A DNA stretch of 64,000 bases. It comes from Candidatus Limnocylindrales bacterium (GTDB lineage: Bacteria; Desulfobacterota; Binatia; UBA1149; CAITLU01). The stretch covers positions 348,484 through 412,483 of the forward strand of contig DASPNR010000042.1 of the NCBI GenBank assembly GCA_035626395.1, given 5' to 3'. The position numbers and the translations under genes are program-made. Positions 26,454 to 39,492 of the stretch are shown here, in pieces. Position 1 is the first letter of the stretch; each line of letters begins with the position of its first letter. A model generated the notes under the pieces. That model made no database searches. It saw nothing but the letters and a program-made list of their open reading frames with translations, and was not told the DNA's origin.

Positions 26454-28979
26454 TCATGCCGCGGCGGCGGCGCCCGCCTCGGCCGGCTCGCGTCTTGCGG
26501 AGCCGCTGTCCGCGGCGGATGCGGCGGGGGCATTTCTTGGGGGTGCGTCATGATCATGCCGCAGCCTTCGCGCGCCTGTATCGGCCGGCTCGCGTGTTGC
26601 CGCGGAGGTGTCTGCGGCAGATGTGGCCGGAGCACGACTTGCAGATGCGTCACGCGCCGCTGCGGCCGATGGCGCCGCCGGCGCGCGCTCATAGTAGTCG
26701 CCGCGAAGTTGCAGAATCGGCGTGCCGTCCGGCTTGAATCCGATCTGCCATACGAGGTCGTCGGGCGCGTGACCGCTGGCTCGAATGACGTAGCCGTGCA
26801 GGCCGCGCTGGTGGTGCCACAGGCATACGGCCACGCGGTTCCACGGATCGTCGGGGCCGCGCAGCGACCGGAAGATCACGTGATGATCGTGAAGCTGAGC
26901 ACGCGCGGTGCAGCCGGGGACGCTGCAGCGCCAGCCGTCGCGCGCGAAGATCGGATCGCGATGGCCCGGAAGCGCGCGCCATTGCGCGAGGATGTCTTCG
27001 AGCATGCGTCGCAGCCCATCGCCGCGCCGGTCGCCCGGCTGCATGAAGCACGTCTGAAGGTGATGGAACCACTCGACGATCCGGGCGGGACCTACGAAAG
27101 AGACCGTGCACGGCATCGGCGCCGGTACGACGCGGAGGTGGGCGCCACGCATTTGCCGGCTCTCATCGGCCGTGCGGGGCGACTGGCCGGCGGCGGGATC
27201 ATGGATTGTCGCGTGTCGGCGCAGCTCGTCCCAGATGCCCTCGAGCGACATGCGCGGCGGCGGCGGTGGCCCGATGGTGCAATGGTGGTCGATGTGCGCC
27301 CGCGCCTTGGCGTACAGAAGCTCCTGTCGGAGCCGTCGAAGCGTGACGAGGCGCGCGCGCTCGGCCCACGCCCTGGCATGAACGCCGTGCGACACGGGCG
27401 CGAGAGCGGCGACCTTGGCGCGCGTCAGCTTTCCGGCCCGATAGGCTTCGAAGATTCCGGAGCCGCGTCGGGAGCTGTCGCGTGCCATTCGAAGAAGGTC
27501 GCGAGTCTTGCGCGGGCAGATGCCGAGTCGAGCATGCGCATAGTCCTCGAGCGTGGCGTGGCCCAGATGACGGTAGAATCCGGACGGCGCGTGCCGAGCC
27601 ATCAGGTCGGCCAGGCGTGCATCGTTGGTCTGCATCACCGCAACGACCTTGCGCATGCGCCGATCGAGCCGCGATGGGTGACACGTCCGAAGTGCGTGCA
27701 TGCCGAGCGTATGTCGCAGGTTCGGCGGCAGGGCGGAGAGGCAGCCGTCGTCGTCGCGGCTGCCCGCGCGGCGGTGGTCGCACTCGCCGCCCCACGCCTG
27801 CAGTTGCCGCTCTGTCTCGTCCGCACGTGCGTCGATGTCTTCAGCGGTCTGTTGCCCTTCCAGCGAAGCCAGCATTTCCCGATTGATGGTTGCCGATGAG
27901 CTGGCTTCCATGCACATCGCCTCGACGAGATTCCAGGTCGCGGCTTCGCGACCGATGAGGCGCGCGGCGTATTCACAGGCTTCCAGCCATAGTCGGTGGG
28001 TGCGCTCGCTGCACGGCACGGCCACGCGAGCTGCACGTTCGCCGTCGATCATTCGTACCGGCGCCGATTCGTTCCACCATTGCTGGTAGAGCGTGTCGTC
28101 GTCGGCCTTGGCTTGCGCTTGGGCCGCGGTGTCGTCGGTGTCGATCGCGTTCTGCCGCTGCTCCGCCGGATCCTGTTCTGTAAACGCCGTGCCGGCCTCG
28201 GCGCCCGTCGCAGCATCGTCTGTGCACGCCGCACCAACCTCGAGGCCCGTCGCATCATTGTTCGTCGTTGCGGCGGCGCTCTCCGCGCCCGGCCTTGCCA
28301 TCGTCGCCGCGTTGCCCGACCCACCAGTCGCCGCAGGCCGCTCCGCCATCAGAACCGCAACAAGCTCATGGTTGAGGAACGGGATCCGCTCGATCGGCAC
28401 CCCTTCATTCAAGGCGTGGACCTTGGCTTCGAGCGCTCGTCCGGTTGATGCACGCGCTTCCGCGAGCCACAGGTCCGGATGGCGCAGGTGCTTGATCGAC
28501 GCGATGGCTCGCACCTGCGTCCAATTGAGCTCGCCGCGTGTGTAGGCGGCATCCATCGATGGGACGCTTGCGAGCCGAGCCGAAACCCTTGCCATCGTGG
28601 CGAGCTCGCTTGCCGAGATGCCGAGCCGTTCGCGACACCAGTCGCTGAGCCGCGCAAAACCAAGCGCCTGCCATGCCTTGCGCTCACGCAGCGCCACGGC
28701 GAGCTCGCCAAGGACGCGGCGGCAACGCGCATCGAGCCGTACCACCGCCGCGATTTTTCGGTGAACCTCATACGCTCCGACAGTCCCACGCTGCGTTTCG
28801 GACAACCGCGGGACGGAGGCATCGCTGGCAGTATCCGTGTGCGCACTGCGCTTCAGCCCTCGAAGTGGCAGACGATCATCGACTCCGGGGGCTCTCGCGC
28901 CATCGTCGCGTTGGCAGCGCATGTACGAAGATTTAGCGAAAGCGCGCGACCTCGACAAGCGATTTTCGCCTATTTTCAT
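26454..28979 (-). CDS. DUF222 + HNH endonuclease family protein (REP13E12-like architecture), paralog 1; two tandem DUF222-like helical modules, C-terminal HNH motif, low-complexity tail
   Basis: HNH motif FARDGWRCSVPGC...HDHHVIFRSLRGPDDPWNRVAVCLWHH. DUF222-like G..LSDWCRERLGIS..ELATMARV blocks occur twice. Start ATG 28979 chosen by homology with paralog 2 (MKIGENRLS vs MAENGRQSA). The ORF track extends upstream to 29471 without support. Confidence 0.65.
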   Translation of the reverse strand: MKIGENRLSRSRAFAKSSYMRCQRDDGARAPGVDDRLPLRGLKRSAHTDTASDASVPRLSETQRGTVGAYEVHRKIAAVVRLDARCRRVLGELAVALRERKAWQALGFARLSDWCRERLGISASELATMARVSARLASVPSMDAAYTRGELNWTQVRAIASIKHLRHPDLWLAEARASTGRALEAKVHALNEGVPIERIPFLNHELVAVLMAERPAATGGSGNAATMARPGAESAAATTNNDATGLEVGAACTDDAATGAEAGTAFTEQDPAEQRQNAIDTDDTAAQAQAKADDDTLYQQWWNESAPVRMIDGERAARVAVPCSERTHRLWLEACEYAARLIGREAATWNLVEAMCMEASSSATINREMLASLEGQQTAEDIDARADETERQLQAWGGECDHRRAGSRDDDGCLSALPPNLRHTLGMHALRTCHPSRLDRRMRKVVAVMQTNDARLADLMARHAPSGFYRHLGHATLEDYAHARLGICPRKTRDLLRMARDSSRRGSGIFEAYRAGKLTRAKVAALAPVSHGVHARAWAERARLVTLRRLRQELLYAKARAHIDHHCTIGPPPPPRMSLEGIWDELRRHATIHDPAAGQSPRTADESRQMRGAHLRVVPAPMPCTVSFVGPARIVEWFHHLQTCFMQPGDRRGDGLRRMLEDILAQWRALPGHRDPIFARDGWRCSVPGCTARAQLHDHHVIFRSLRGPDDPWNRVAVCLWHHQRGLHGYVIRASGHAPDDLVWQIGFKPDGTPILQLRGDYYERAPAAPSAAAARDASASRAPATSAADTSAATREPADTGARRLRHDHDAPPRNAPAASAADSGSARREPAEAGAAAAA

Positions 28980-29237
28980 GCTGGATCCGTAATTCTTCGT
29001 CCGGCGGACCGACGCGTCGCCGCCGCCGGTCTTGCGTGCCGCGTCCCCGCGTCGAACAGGCTGCGGTACCGAACTCGCGCGGACGCGCGTGGCGGTCGCG
29101 CCGCGTCGTTGCGGCTCGCGCGCGGTGGCAGGCGGCACGTAAGGTTGGTGCACGTGCGCGAGCGGACCACCCTCACCAAGGCAGCGTTGCTTCGGCGCGA
29201 CGGTGCAAGCCCGAGCAAACCGCTCTACCCTCACTTC

Positions 29238-30176
29238 ATGGCCGCACCGCAGCGCAACTCCACACTGCAACGCACCTCCACACCGCCATGCACCGCGGCG
29301 CCGCATCGCACCTTGTGGATCACCGCGAGCGATCCGAGCAGCGAGGCCTGGCTGCGGTACGGGATCGACCGGATCGGCAGCGGAGTCGTCGACGCCGAGG
29401 CGTGGCGGGCGGACGACGTACTCATTGCGCGTGTCGAGGCGACCGCGGAGGCACCGACGCGGCCGCCGCATCTCGCATGCTCGCTCGAGCCGCCATCGGC
29501 GTGGACGCAGGAGCTACCGCGCGTCGCACTGCGCTCGCGCTTCGTCACCGAGGAAACGGACCACACTGCCGACGAAGGCTTCCTCGTCAACGCCAGCACG
29601 CGCGGCGACCTGCTCTGTGCTGCCGCCGAGGCTCTTGCGGCGCTGATGGTCGAGCCGGAGAGCATTGAGCTGCGAGAGGAGCGTCCGTGCAGCGTCGCAC
29701 TGGAACCGCCGCCGACCGCGGCAGGCGCGCCGCACGCCACCACCAGCGACACACTCGCACCTCTCGAAAGGAACGGCCGCGGCCGGCAGCCCTCGCCTTT
29801 CGCCGCCGACCGCCTCGATCCGCAGGCCGCACCGGACCGGCTCGCGCCCACCGCCGGCGACGCCCCCGTTCATCAATCCGCGCCCACCGCCAACGACAGG
29901 CTGCATCTCGAGCATGCTTCACCCGACGATGACGAGCGGCTCTTTCGCTGGCTTTCGGAGATCCTCTTCCTCATGGACGCGCGCCGCTTCGCGATCCGGC
30001 GCGTGGTGCTGACCCGCGACGACGATAGCGGCGTCGACGGCTTCGCCTGCGGCGAGCCGCTCGACATGGAGCGGCATGCGGTTCGCGGAGCGATCAAGGC
30101 AATCACGTACCACGGCATGGAGATTGGCCGCGAGCCCGACGGCACGTGGCGGGCGCACGTCGTGGTCGACGTTTGA
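29238..30176 (+). CDS. Archease (RtcB activator) with ~105-aa N-terminal extension and ~75-aa low-complexity insertion
   Basis: Conserved archease blocks TDHTADEGFLV ... LFRWLSEILFLMD ... GEPLDMERHAVRGAIKAITYHGMEIGREPDGTWRAHVVVDV. Lies immediately upstream of rtcB. The only in-frame ATG upstream of the HTAD block is 29238, and no GTG/TTG was found by eye, so the start is uncertain. Confidence 0.7.
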   Translation: MAAPQRNSTLQRTSTPPCTAAPHRTLWITASDPSSEAWLRYGIDRIGSGVVDAEAWRADDVLIARVEATAEAPTRPPHLACSLEPPSAWTQELPRVALRSRFVTEETDHTADEGFLVNASTRGDLLCAAAEALAALMVEPESIELREERPCSVALEPPPTAAGAPHATTSDTLAPLERNGRGRQPSPFAADRLDPQAAPDRLAPTAGDAPVHQSAPTANDRLHLEHASPDDDERLFRWLSEILFLMDARRFAIRRVVLTRDDDSGVDGFACGEPLDMERHAVRGAIKAITYHGMEIGREPDGTWRAHVVVDV

Positions 30177-30285
30177 ACGGCGCGGCAAGGCTACGAACGG
30201 GTGCACCCATGACGCAGCCGAAATCTCCCGCCCAGGTCGGCAGTCGCCCGACGCCGCCGCGCAGGCACCGCGAGGTCACGAACCC

Positions 30286-31731
30286 ATGCAACCCATGATG
30301 CAGCTCGAACGGCTCGACGAGGTCCGCTGGCGCCTTCCGCGTCAGGGCAACATGCGGGTCGACGGGATGATCTATGCCGACGACCTGCTGATGACGCACA
30401 TCCAGAACGACCCGTGCGTCCAGCAGGTCGCGAACGTGGCCACGCTGCCCGGCATCGTCGGGCGCGCGCTGGCGATGCCGGACATCCACTGGGGCTACGG
30501 CTTTCCCATCGGCGGCGTGGCCGCGTTCGATCCGGACCAGGGCGGCGTCGTCTCACCGGGCGGTGTCGGCTACGACATCAACTGCGGCGTGCGGCTTCAT
30601 GCGACGCAGCTCGAGCGCGGGCACGTGGCCCGCGATCGCGACCGCATCGCCGATGCGCTCGCGCATGCAGTGCCGGCCGGCGTCGGTGTCGGCAAGCCGG
30701 ACGCACGCGTGGCCGACCTCGACGCGATTCTCGCTGACGGTGCGCGATCACTCGTCGGCACCGACATCGTCACGCCGGCCGATCTCGACTCCATCGAAGA
30801 AGGCGGACGCATTCCCGGCGCCGCGCCGCAATGGGTCAGCGATCGTGCCCGCGAGCGCGGCCACGGGCAGATCGGGTCGCTCGGCAGCGGCAATCACTTT
30901 CTCGAGCTCGATGTCGTTGCCGAAGTCTACGACGAGGAGGCGGCGCAGCGCTTCGGGCTCCAGGAAGGCGGCGTGACGCTTCTCGTGCACAGCGGCTCGC
31001 GCGGGCTGGGACACCAGGTGTGCGAGGACATGCTGGCGCTGATGCTGCGCGCGTCGCAGGCAGCCGGCATCGTGCTTCCCGACAAGCAGCTGGCGTGTGC
31101 ACCGCTGTATTCGGACGACGCCAGGCGCTACCTCGGCGCGATGGCGGCGGCGGCGAATTTCGCCTTCGCCAACCGCTCCCTCATTGCGCACCGCGCGCTG
31201 AACGCGCTGGCGGCCGCGACCGCGCGCAAGAAGCCGGACCTCAAGGCGCGGCTGGTCTACGACGTGTGCCACAACATCGCCAAGTACGAGGAGCACGTCA
31301 TTGACGGCCGGCCGATGCGCGTGTGCGTGCATCGAAAAGGCGCCACGCGCGCGTTCGGTCCGGGGCATCCGGGCGTCCCTGCGAATTACCGCGACGTCGG
31401 CCAGCCGGTGATCATTCCCGGCGACATGGGCCGCTACAGCTACGTGCTCTGCGGCCAGAAAGGAGCGATGGACGAGACGTTCGGCAGCGCCTGCCACGGC
31501 GCGGGGCGGCTGCTCGCTCGCAATCAGGCCAAGAAGCTCGCGAGCGGCAGGGAAGTGCAGAAGAGAATGGCCGGACTCGGAATCGCGCTGCGCGCGGCGA
31601 GCATGTCGGCGGTCTCCGAGGAAGCGCCCGAAGCCTACAAGGACGTGGCCGACGTCGTCGGCGTCGTCGAGAAGGCAGGCATCGCCCGGCGCGTCGCGCG
31701 GCTGGAGCCCCTCGTGGTCGTCAAAGGCTGA
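30286..31731 (+). CDS. rtcB: RNA-splicing ligase RtcB (3'-phosphate/5'-hydroxyl RNA ligase)
   Basis: MPDIHWGYGFPIGGVAAFD, GYDINCGVRL, SGSRGLGHQ, HNIAKYEEH, CHGAGR motifs. Start at MQPMMQLE (ATG 30286); the ORF-track start 30076 overlaps the archease gene. Confidence 0.9.
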   Translation: MQPMMQLERLDEVRWRLPRQGNMRVDGMIYADDLLMTHIQNDPCVQQVANVATLPGIVGRALAMPDIHWGYGFPIGGVAAFDPDQGGVVSPGGVGYDINCGVRLHATQLERGHVARDRDRIADALAHAVPAGVGVGKPDARVADLDAILADGARSLVGTDIVTPADLDSIEEGGRIPGAAPQWVSDRARERGHGQIGSLGSGNHFLELDVVAEVYDEEAAQRFGLQEGGVTLLVHSGSRGLGHQVCEDMLALMLRASQAAGIVLPDKQLACAPLYSDDARRYLGAMAAAANFAFANRSLIAHRALNALAAATARKKPDLKARLVYDVCHNIAKYEEHVIDGRPMRVCVHRKGATRAFGPGHPGVPANYRDVGQPVIIPGDMGRYSYVLCGQKGAMDETFGSACHGAGRLLARNQAKKLASGREVQKRMAGLGIALRAASMSAVSEEAPEAYKDVADVVGVVEKAGIARRVARLEPLVVVKG

Positions 31732-31742
31732 CGCGCTGCCGC

Positions 31743-33446
31743 TCAGCCCCGCACCGCAACGATCACGCCCGGCCCCGGCAGCCGCTGCCACTCCGCATTT
31801 GCCTGCGACCGCAGCACGATCCGCCACGGCCCTTGCGGCGGCGCGATGAGCGCGGGCTCGGTGCCGACGTTCGCAGCGACGAGCAGCGACCCGCGCCGCA
31901 ACACCAGCACGCGCTGGCGCTCGTCCCCGTCGACCTGCACATCGGCGGCGTCGATCGGATGGTCGCGCCGCAGCCGCAGCAGCTCGCGATACCAGCGCAG
32001 CATGTCGTCGTGCGCGCCGTCCTGGATCTCTTCCCAGCGAAGGCGCGAGGCCTCGAAAGTCTCGGGCGCCTGCGGATCCGGCACCTCGCCGCGCCACTGG
32101 AACGAAGCGAACTCGCGCCGGCGTCCTTCGCGAACCGCGCGCGCAAGCTCCGCATCCTGGTGGTCGGTGAAATAGAGGAACGGCGTCGACGCCGCCCACT
32201 CCTCGCCCTGGAACAGCAGAGGCACGAACGGGCTGAGCAGCGTCAGGGCCGCCGCGACCTTCAGCGCCGGCGGCTCCAGGAGCTGGCTGAGCCGCTCGCC
32301 GAAGCCGCGGTTGCCGATCTGGTCGTGATTCTGGCTGAACACCACCAGCTGGTCGCATCGCACATCGTTGGGCTCGCGCCCGTGGCTGCGACGGCGAAAG
32401 CCCGAGTAATCGCCCGCGAAGACGTATCCGCGCTGCCAGGCACGGGCCAGCTGACCGAAGCTGCCGAAGTCCGAGTAGTAGCCGTCGCGCTCGCCGGTGA
32501 GCAGCGAGTGCAGCGCATGGTGGAAATCGTCCATCCAGTGCGCATGCAGGCCGAATCCGCCGCGCGACACCGGCCATACCAGGCGCGGGTCATTCGCGTC
32601 CGACTCGGCGATCAGCAGCAGCGCGCGGCCGCTGTCCTTTTCCAGGCCCGCAACGGCACGAGACAGCTCCTCGAGAAAGTGCGTTGCGCGCATGTCGTAG
32701 ATCGCATGCACCGCGTCCAGGCGCAGGCCGTCGAAGCGGTAGTCGCGCAGCCACATCAGCGCGTTCTCGATGAAGAACGCGCGCACGGAATCGCTGCCCG
32801 CGTCGTCGAAGTTGATCGCCGGCCCCCACGGCGTTCTGTAGCGGTCGGTGAAGTAGGGGCCGTAGCTGGCGAGGTAGTTGCCGTCCGGCCCGAGGTGGTT
32901 GTAGACGACGTCGAGCAGCACCGCCAGGCCATGATCGTGCGCCGCCTGCACGAGCCGGCGAAGCTCGTGCGGAGTGCCGTACGCCGGATGCGGCGCGTAC
33001 GGATAGACGCCGTCATAGCCCCAGCCGCGGCTGCCCGGGAATGTCGCCAGCGGCATCAGCTCGACGTGCGTGACGCCGAGGTCGCGCAGGTAGGGCAGCT
33101 TCTCGATCACTCCGGCATAGGTGCCCGAGGGGCTGAACGTGCCGACGTGCAGCTCGTAGATCACCGCCTTCGACAGCGGCACCGGCGCGAACGCAGCGTC
33201 GTTCCATTCGACGCCTTCGAGGGCGATCGCCTGCGAGGGCCCGTGAACTCCCTCGGGCTGCCAGCGCGAGGCCGGGTCGGGGAAGGGCCCGTTGCCATCG
33301 ACGCGCAACCTGTAGCGCTGTCCCGCCTCCAGGGCGCAGGTCCAGGCTCCGTCGCGCTCTTGGCGCAGCGGTCGCACCTGATCGTCGACGATCGCTTCCA
33401 CGGCGCGCGCATCGGGCGCCCACACTCGTAGCGTGACCTCGCTCAT
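31743..33446 (-). CDS. treZ: Malto-oligosyltrehalose trehalohydrolase
   Basis: GH13 motifs (GVTHVELMP, LDVVYNHLG, GLRLDAVH, ESDAND) with a TreZ-type N-terminal domain. Start ATG 33446 overlaps the treY stop (ATGA). Confidence 0.85.
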   Translation of the reverse strand: MSEVTLRVWAPDARAVEAIVDDQVRPLRQERDGAWTCALEAGQRYRLRVDGNGPFPDPASRWQPEGVHGPSQAIALEGVEWNDAAFAPVPLSKAVIYELHVGTFSPSGTYAGVIEKLPYLRDLGVTHVELMPLATFPGSRGWGYDGVYPYAPHPAYGTPHELRRLVQAAHDHGLAVLLDVVYNHLGPDGNYLASYGPYFTDRYRTPWGPAINFDDAGSDSVRAFFIENALMWLRDYRFDGLRLDAVHAIYDMRATHFLEELSRAVAGLEKDSGRALLLIAESDANDPRLVWPVSRGGFGLHAHWMDDFHHALHSLLTGERDGYYSDFGSFGQLARAWQRGYVFAGDYSGFRRRSHGREPNDVRCDQLVVFSQNHDQIGNRGFGERLSQLLEPPALKVAAALTLLSPFVPLLFQGEEWAASTPFLYFTDHQDAELARAVREGRRREFASFQWRGEVPDPQAPETFEASRLRWEEIQDGAHDDMLRWYRELLRLRRDHPIDAADVQVDGDERQRVLVLRRGSLLVAANVGTEPALIAPPQGPWRIVLRSQANAEWQRLPGPGVIVAVRG

Positions 33447-36065
33447 CGTCGCAGGAGAAGCGCCACCGGGAAGGCACCGAACAGATGCTCGGGCGCCGCC
33501 TCGCCGCGAAACGAGCCGCCCCCGAGAACGTCGTCCCATTGCCCGTCGGGCAGCGGCACCACGGTGTCTTCCCACTGTCCGGCGAGCGCGAGCGTGAAGC
33601 GCGGCACCACGACCATCAGCTCCTCGGCGCGGATGTACGAAAGCAGGTGCTGCAGCCGCGGCCCGCGCGCGCCGTGCGGATGATAGGCGGCATCGGCGCC
33701 GAACAGCTCGGGCCGCTGGCGGCGCAGGCGCAACACCGTAAGGATGAGCCAGAGCTTGGGCATGCCGCTCTCCATCTCGGCCATGGCCTGCGCGGCCGTC
33801 ATGCTCTCGGCACGCTCGAGCATGCCTTGCAGCGCGCCGAAGTCGACGGGCCGCCGATTGTCGGGGTCGACCAGGCTGAGGCTCCAGCGCTCGGTGCCCT
33901 GGTAGAAGTCGGGCGTGCCCGGCGCCGTCAGCTTGATGAGCGTCTGCGCCAGGCTGTTGATGCGGCCCGCTTCGCCGATCTGCGTCACCAGTGCTTCGAG
34001 CTCGGCGACGAAGTCGGCGTCGGCGAAGAGCGCGTCCAGGAACTCGTGCACGCCGTTCTCGTAGTCCTCGTCCGGCTCGTGCCACGAAGTATGGATCTTC
34101 GCCTCGCGGCACGCCTTCTGCATGTAGAGCCAGGCGCGCTCCGCGTCGATGGGCCAGGCGCCGACCAGGGTCTGGTAGAGCAGGTACTCGGCAAGCTTGT
34201 CGGCCTTGCGTCCTTTCCACGCTGGCTGGTTGCGCGCGCTCCACGAGCGCAGGGCGGCTGCCCACGCCTCCACGGCCTCGGTCAGCACGTCAATGCGGCA
34301 GCGCACGTCTTCGCTGCGCTTGGTGTCGTGCGTCGACGTGCCCAGCAGGCTGCGCGGCCAGCGCGAGGCGATGTGCGAGCAGAACTGATGAAAGCGATCG
34401 GTCGAGATGCCGAGCAGCGACGGCTGCGAGCCGACCTCGTTGCACGAGAGCAGGCGGTCGTAGAGGTAGAACGTGGTGTCCTCGGCGCCTTTGGCCGTTA
34501 CGGCCGGCGTCAGCTGCTGCCACCGCGCGAGCAGCTCGCGAGACAGTTCGCCGTCGCCCGTCAGCACCTTCTCGAGCGCGTCGAATACCTGCGGCTGCAC
34601 GCCGGCGGCCTGCGCTCGCGCGGCGCCGAGCGCATCCAGGAGCAGGCGCCAGTTCTTTTCGTCGGCCGAGCCGTCGGCAGCGGGTTCCGTCGCCGACGCT
34701 CTCAGATACGTCCGGTACACCGGCAGCATGCACGTGAGCAGCTCGAGTGCCTGCCGCATCTGGCGACGGCTCAGATCGTGCGCCCGACAGCACGCCTCGG
34801 CGGCCGCCATCGCCAGCGACGTCAGCCGCACCAGGTCGGCTTCGAAGCTGGTGGCGACGATCTCGAGCTTCTTGGCCCGGACCAGCGCCGGATAGTTGAC
34901 GGTGTGTCCGGTGAAGTCGTGATAGGCGGCCGTCAGCGCATCGCTCTTCTGCTCGTCCATCCACAGCCGGCCGACGCGGTCGAGGAAGTCGTAGCCGACG
35001 GTGCCGTCGACGGGCCAGGAGGAAGGGAGCTCTTCCTCCGCATCCAGGATCTTCTCCACGTAGATGCGGCCCTGCGGAAACATCTGCCGCAGCCGCTGCA
35101 GATACCCGAGCGGATCGCGCAGCCCGTCGGGATGATCCACGCGCAGCCCGTCCAGCTCGCCGGCCTCGATCATCCTGCGGATGCGGGCGTGCGTGCGCTC
35201 GAAGACGTCGTCGCGCTCGATGGCCACGCCGACCAGGGAGGCGATGTTGAAGAAACGGCGGTAGTTGACCAGCTCGCCCTCGCTCTTCCACCAGCACAGC
35301 TTGTAGAACTGCTGTTCGAGCAGGTCGTGCATCGCGTCGGCATCGGCCGACACCGCGGTGCAGCGCTCGCGCAGGTCGCTGCGCCAGCGGGAGTTGCTGC
35401 CGAGCTCGCGAATGTCGCCCGCAGCCGTCTCGGCCAGCGCGCGGAGGCGCTCGACCTCTCCTTCACCCGGCAGCTCGCCGTGCTGCAGCCGGCGAAGCTC
35501 GTCCAGCATCGCGGTCAGCGCGCCGTCCGCCGGTGGCATCACGCTTGCCCATGAACCGGGCGAAAGCGGCCAGCTCTGTTCGTAGTAGTAGATGCGCGGC
35601 AGGCCCGCCTCGGCGGCCTCCACGCGCAACTCTCCCGCAGCCAGCGCCTCGGCGTACGGCTTTCCGAGCGTGCACAGGCGCAGGCACCAGCGGCCGCCGT
35701 CGGCGCGCGCCGCGACGTCGAAGGTGCGCTCGCAGGCGCTGAACGGCCCCCGGCTCAGGAGGTCTTCCCACCACGGATTGGCGCTGCTCGCGCTCATGTG
35801 GTTGGGCACGATGTCGAGCAGCACCTTCAGGCCGTGACGGCGCACCGACGCCTGCAGCGCCTGCCATCCTTCCTCGCCGCCGAGCTCCTCGTTGATGCGC
35901 AGAGGATCGGCAACGTCGTAGCCGTGCGTGCTTCCCGGCGCCGCCTGCAGCACCGGCGACAGATAGACGTGGCTGATGCCGAGCCGCGCCAGATAAGGAA
36001 CGGCCGCCGCAGCGCAGGACAGATCGAAGCCGCGATGGAGCTGCAGCCGGTATGTAGCCGTCCAG

Positions 36066-36076
<11 letters not shown>
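33443..36076 (-). CDS. treY: Malto-oligosyltrehalose synthase
   Basis: N-terminus ATYRLQLH...GISHVYLSPVLQA...GYDVADP and LLDIVPNHM are TreY signatures. 877 aa. GTG start. Confidence 0.85.
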
Positions 36077-38240
<2,164 letters not shown>

Positions 38241-38435
38241 TCTCGTCCGATGCCTGGATGCCGGCTCGGGCCGGCGGGGCGAAACCAAGCTTAGCGTGCC
38301 TTCCGGCCGTGAGTAGGGGCACTGGAAAAGATGATGCGCGGTCGCGTGTCACCGGGTGCTGCCGCCGCTCCTACGCTGCCTGCCGTCCGCGGACGGCTCG
38401 TTGCGCTTCATCGGCGCACGCGTCAGGAGGGGCGC

Positions 38436-39434
38436 GTGGCGCTGTTGTCGGTTCTCGACCTTGCACCCATCATCGAAGGCGGAACGGCCGCCGAGGCGCT
38501 GCGCAACAGTCGCGACGTTGCGCGGCATGCCGAGCGCTGGGATTACCGGCGCTTCTGGCTGGCCGAGCATCACGGAATGCCGGGCATCGCCAGCGCCGCT
38601 ACGGCGGTGGTCATCGGGTACGTCGCCGAAGGCACCGAACGCATCCGTGTCGGCGCCGGCGGCATCATGCTGCCGAACCATTCGCCGCTGGTGATTGCCG
38701 AGCAGTTCGGCACGCTCGAATCGCTGTACCCCGGACGCATCGATCTGGGACTGGGCCGCGCTCCGGGCACCGACCCGGTCACCGCGCGCGCCTTGCGTCG
38801 CAACCTGGAATCGGGGCCCGAGACGTTTCCGCAGGATGTTCTGGAGCTGCTGGCGTACTTCTCCGATCCCGATCCCGATCGGACCGTTCGCGCGGTTCCG
38901 GGCGCGGGACTGAAGGTCCCGATCTGGATCCTCGGCTCCAGCCTCTATGGCGCGCAGGTGGCCGCGGCACTGGGCCTGCCGTTCGCGTTCGCCTCGCATT
39001 TCGCGCCGACGCAGATGATGCAGGCGCTGGAGCTGTATCGCAGCCGCTTCCGTCCCGGCGCGCTCGAGAAGCCGCACGTGATGCTCGGCTTCAACGTCTT
39101 CGCCGCCGACACCGACGAGGAGGCCCGATTGCTGTCGACGTCGGTGCAGCAGGCTTTCGTGGCGCTGCGCCGCGGCCGCCCCATCCAGCTGCCGCCGCCG
39201 CTCGAAGGATTCGACGAGACGCTGGCTCCGGCCGAGCGCGCGGTGCTCGAGGCGGTGCTGTCGTGCTCGGCCGTCGGATCACCGGAGACCGTGCGTGAAG
39301 CGATGGCGGCGTTTCTCGACCGGACGCGCGCGGACGAGCTGATGATCGTCTCGCAGATCCACGATCATCGCGCGCGCCTGCGCTCGTTCGAGATCGCGGC
39401 GCAGCAGGCGCGGATGCTGGCGGCCTCGTCGTGA
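38436..39434 (+). CDS. LLM-class (luciferase-like) flavin-dependent oxidoreductase
   Basis: GTG 38436 is preceded by AGGAGG (38425-38430) and yields the canonical N-terminus (M)[36 protein letters not shown] fits the LLM family. Confidence 0.75.
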   Translation: MALLSVLDLAPIIEGGTAAEALRNSRDVARHAERWDYRRFWLAEHHGMPGIASAATAVVIGYVAEGTERIRVGAGGIMLPNHSPLVIAEQFGTLESLYPGRIDLGLGRAPGTDPVTARALRRNLESGPETFPQDVLELLAYFSDPDPDRTVRAVPGAGLKVPIWILGSSLYGAQVAAALGLPFAFASHFAPTQMMQALELYRSRFRPGALEKPHVMLGFNVFAADTDEEARLLSTSVQQAFVALRRGRPIQLPPPLEGFDETLAPAERAVLEAVLSCSAVGSPETVREAMAAFLDRTRADELMIVSQIHDHRARLRSFEIAAQQARMLAASS

Positions 39435-39492
39435 CGGTTGGGCGCGCGCCTGGCCGCCGGTACCGAGGACCGGCCGGTGACGCGCGACCGCT

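Noticed and set aside
28980-29471. In-frame N-terminal extension of the HNH paralog 1 ORF (164 extra codons)
   Set aside because: The extension is Arg/Pro/Gly-rich with no similarity to paralog 2. Homology between the paralogs begins at ATG 28979 (MKIGENRLS vs MAENGRQSA).
30748-32577. 609-aa minus-strand ORF
   Set aside because: Overlaps rtcB and treZ in an alternative frame. Arg-rich low-complexity translation.
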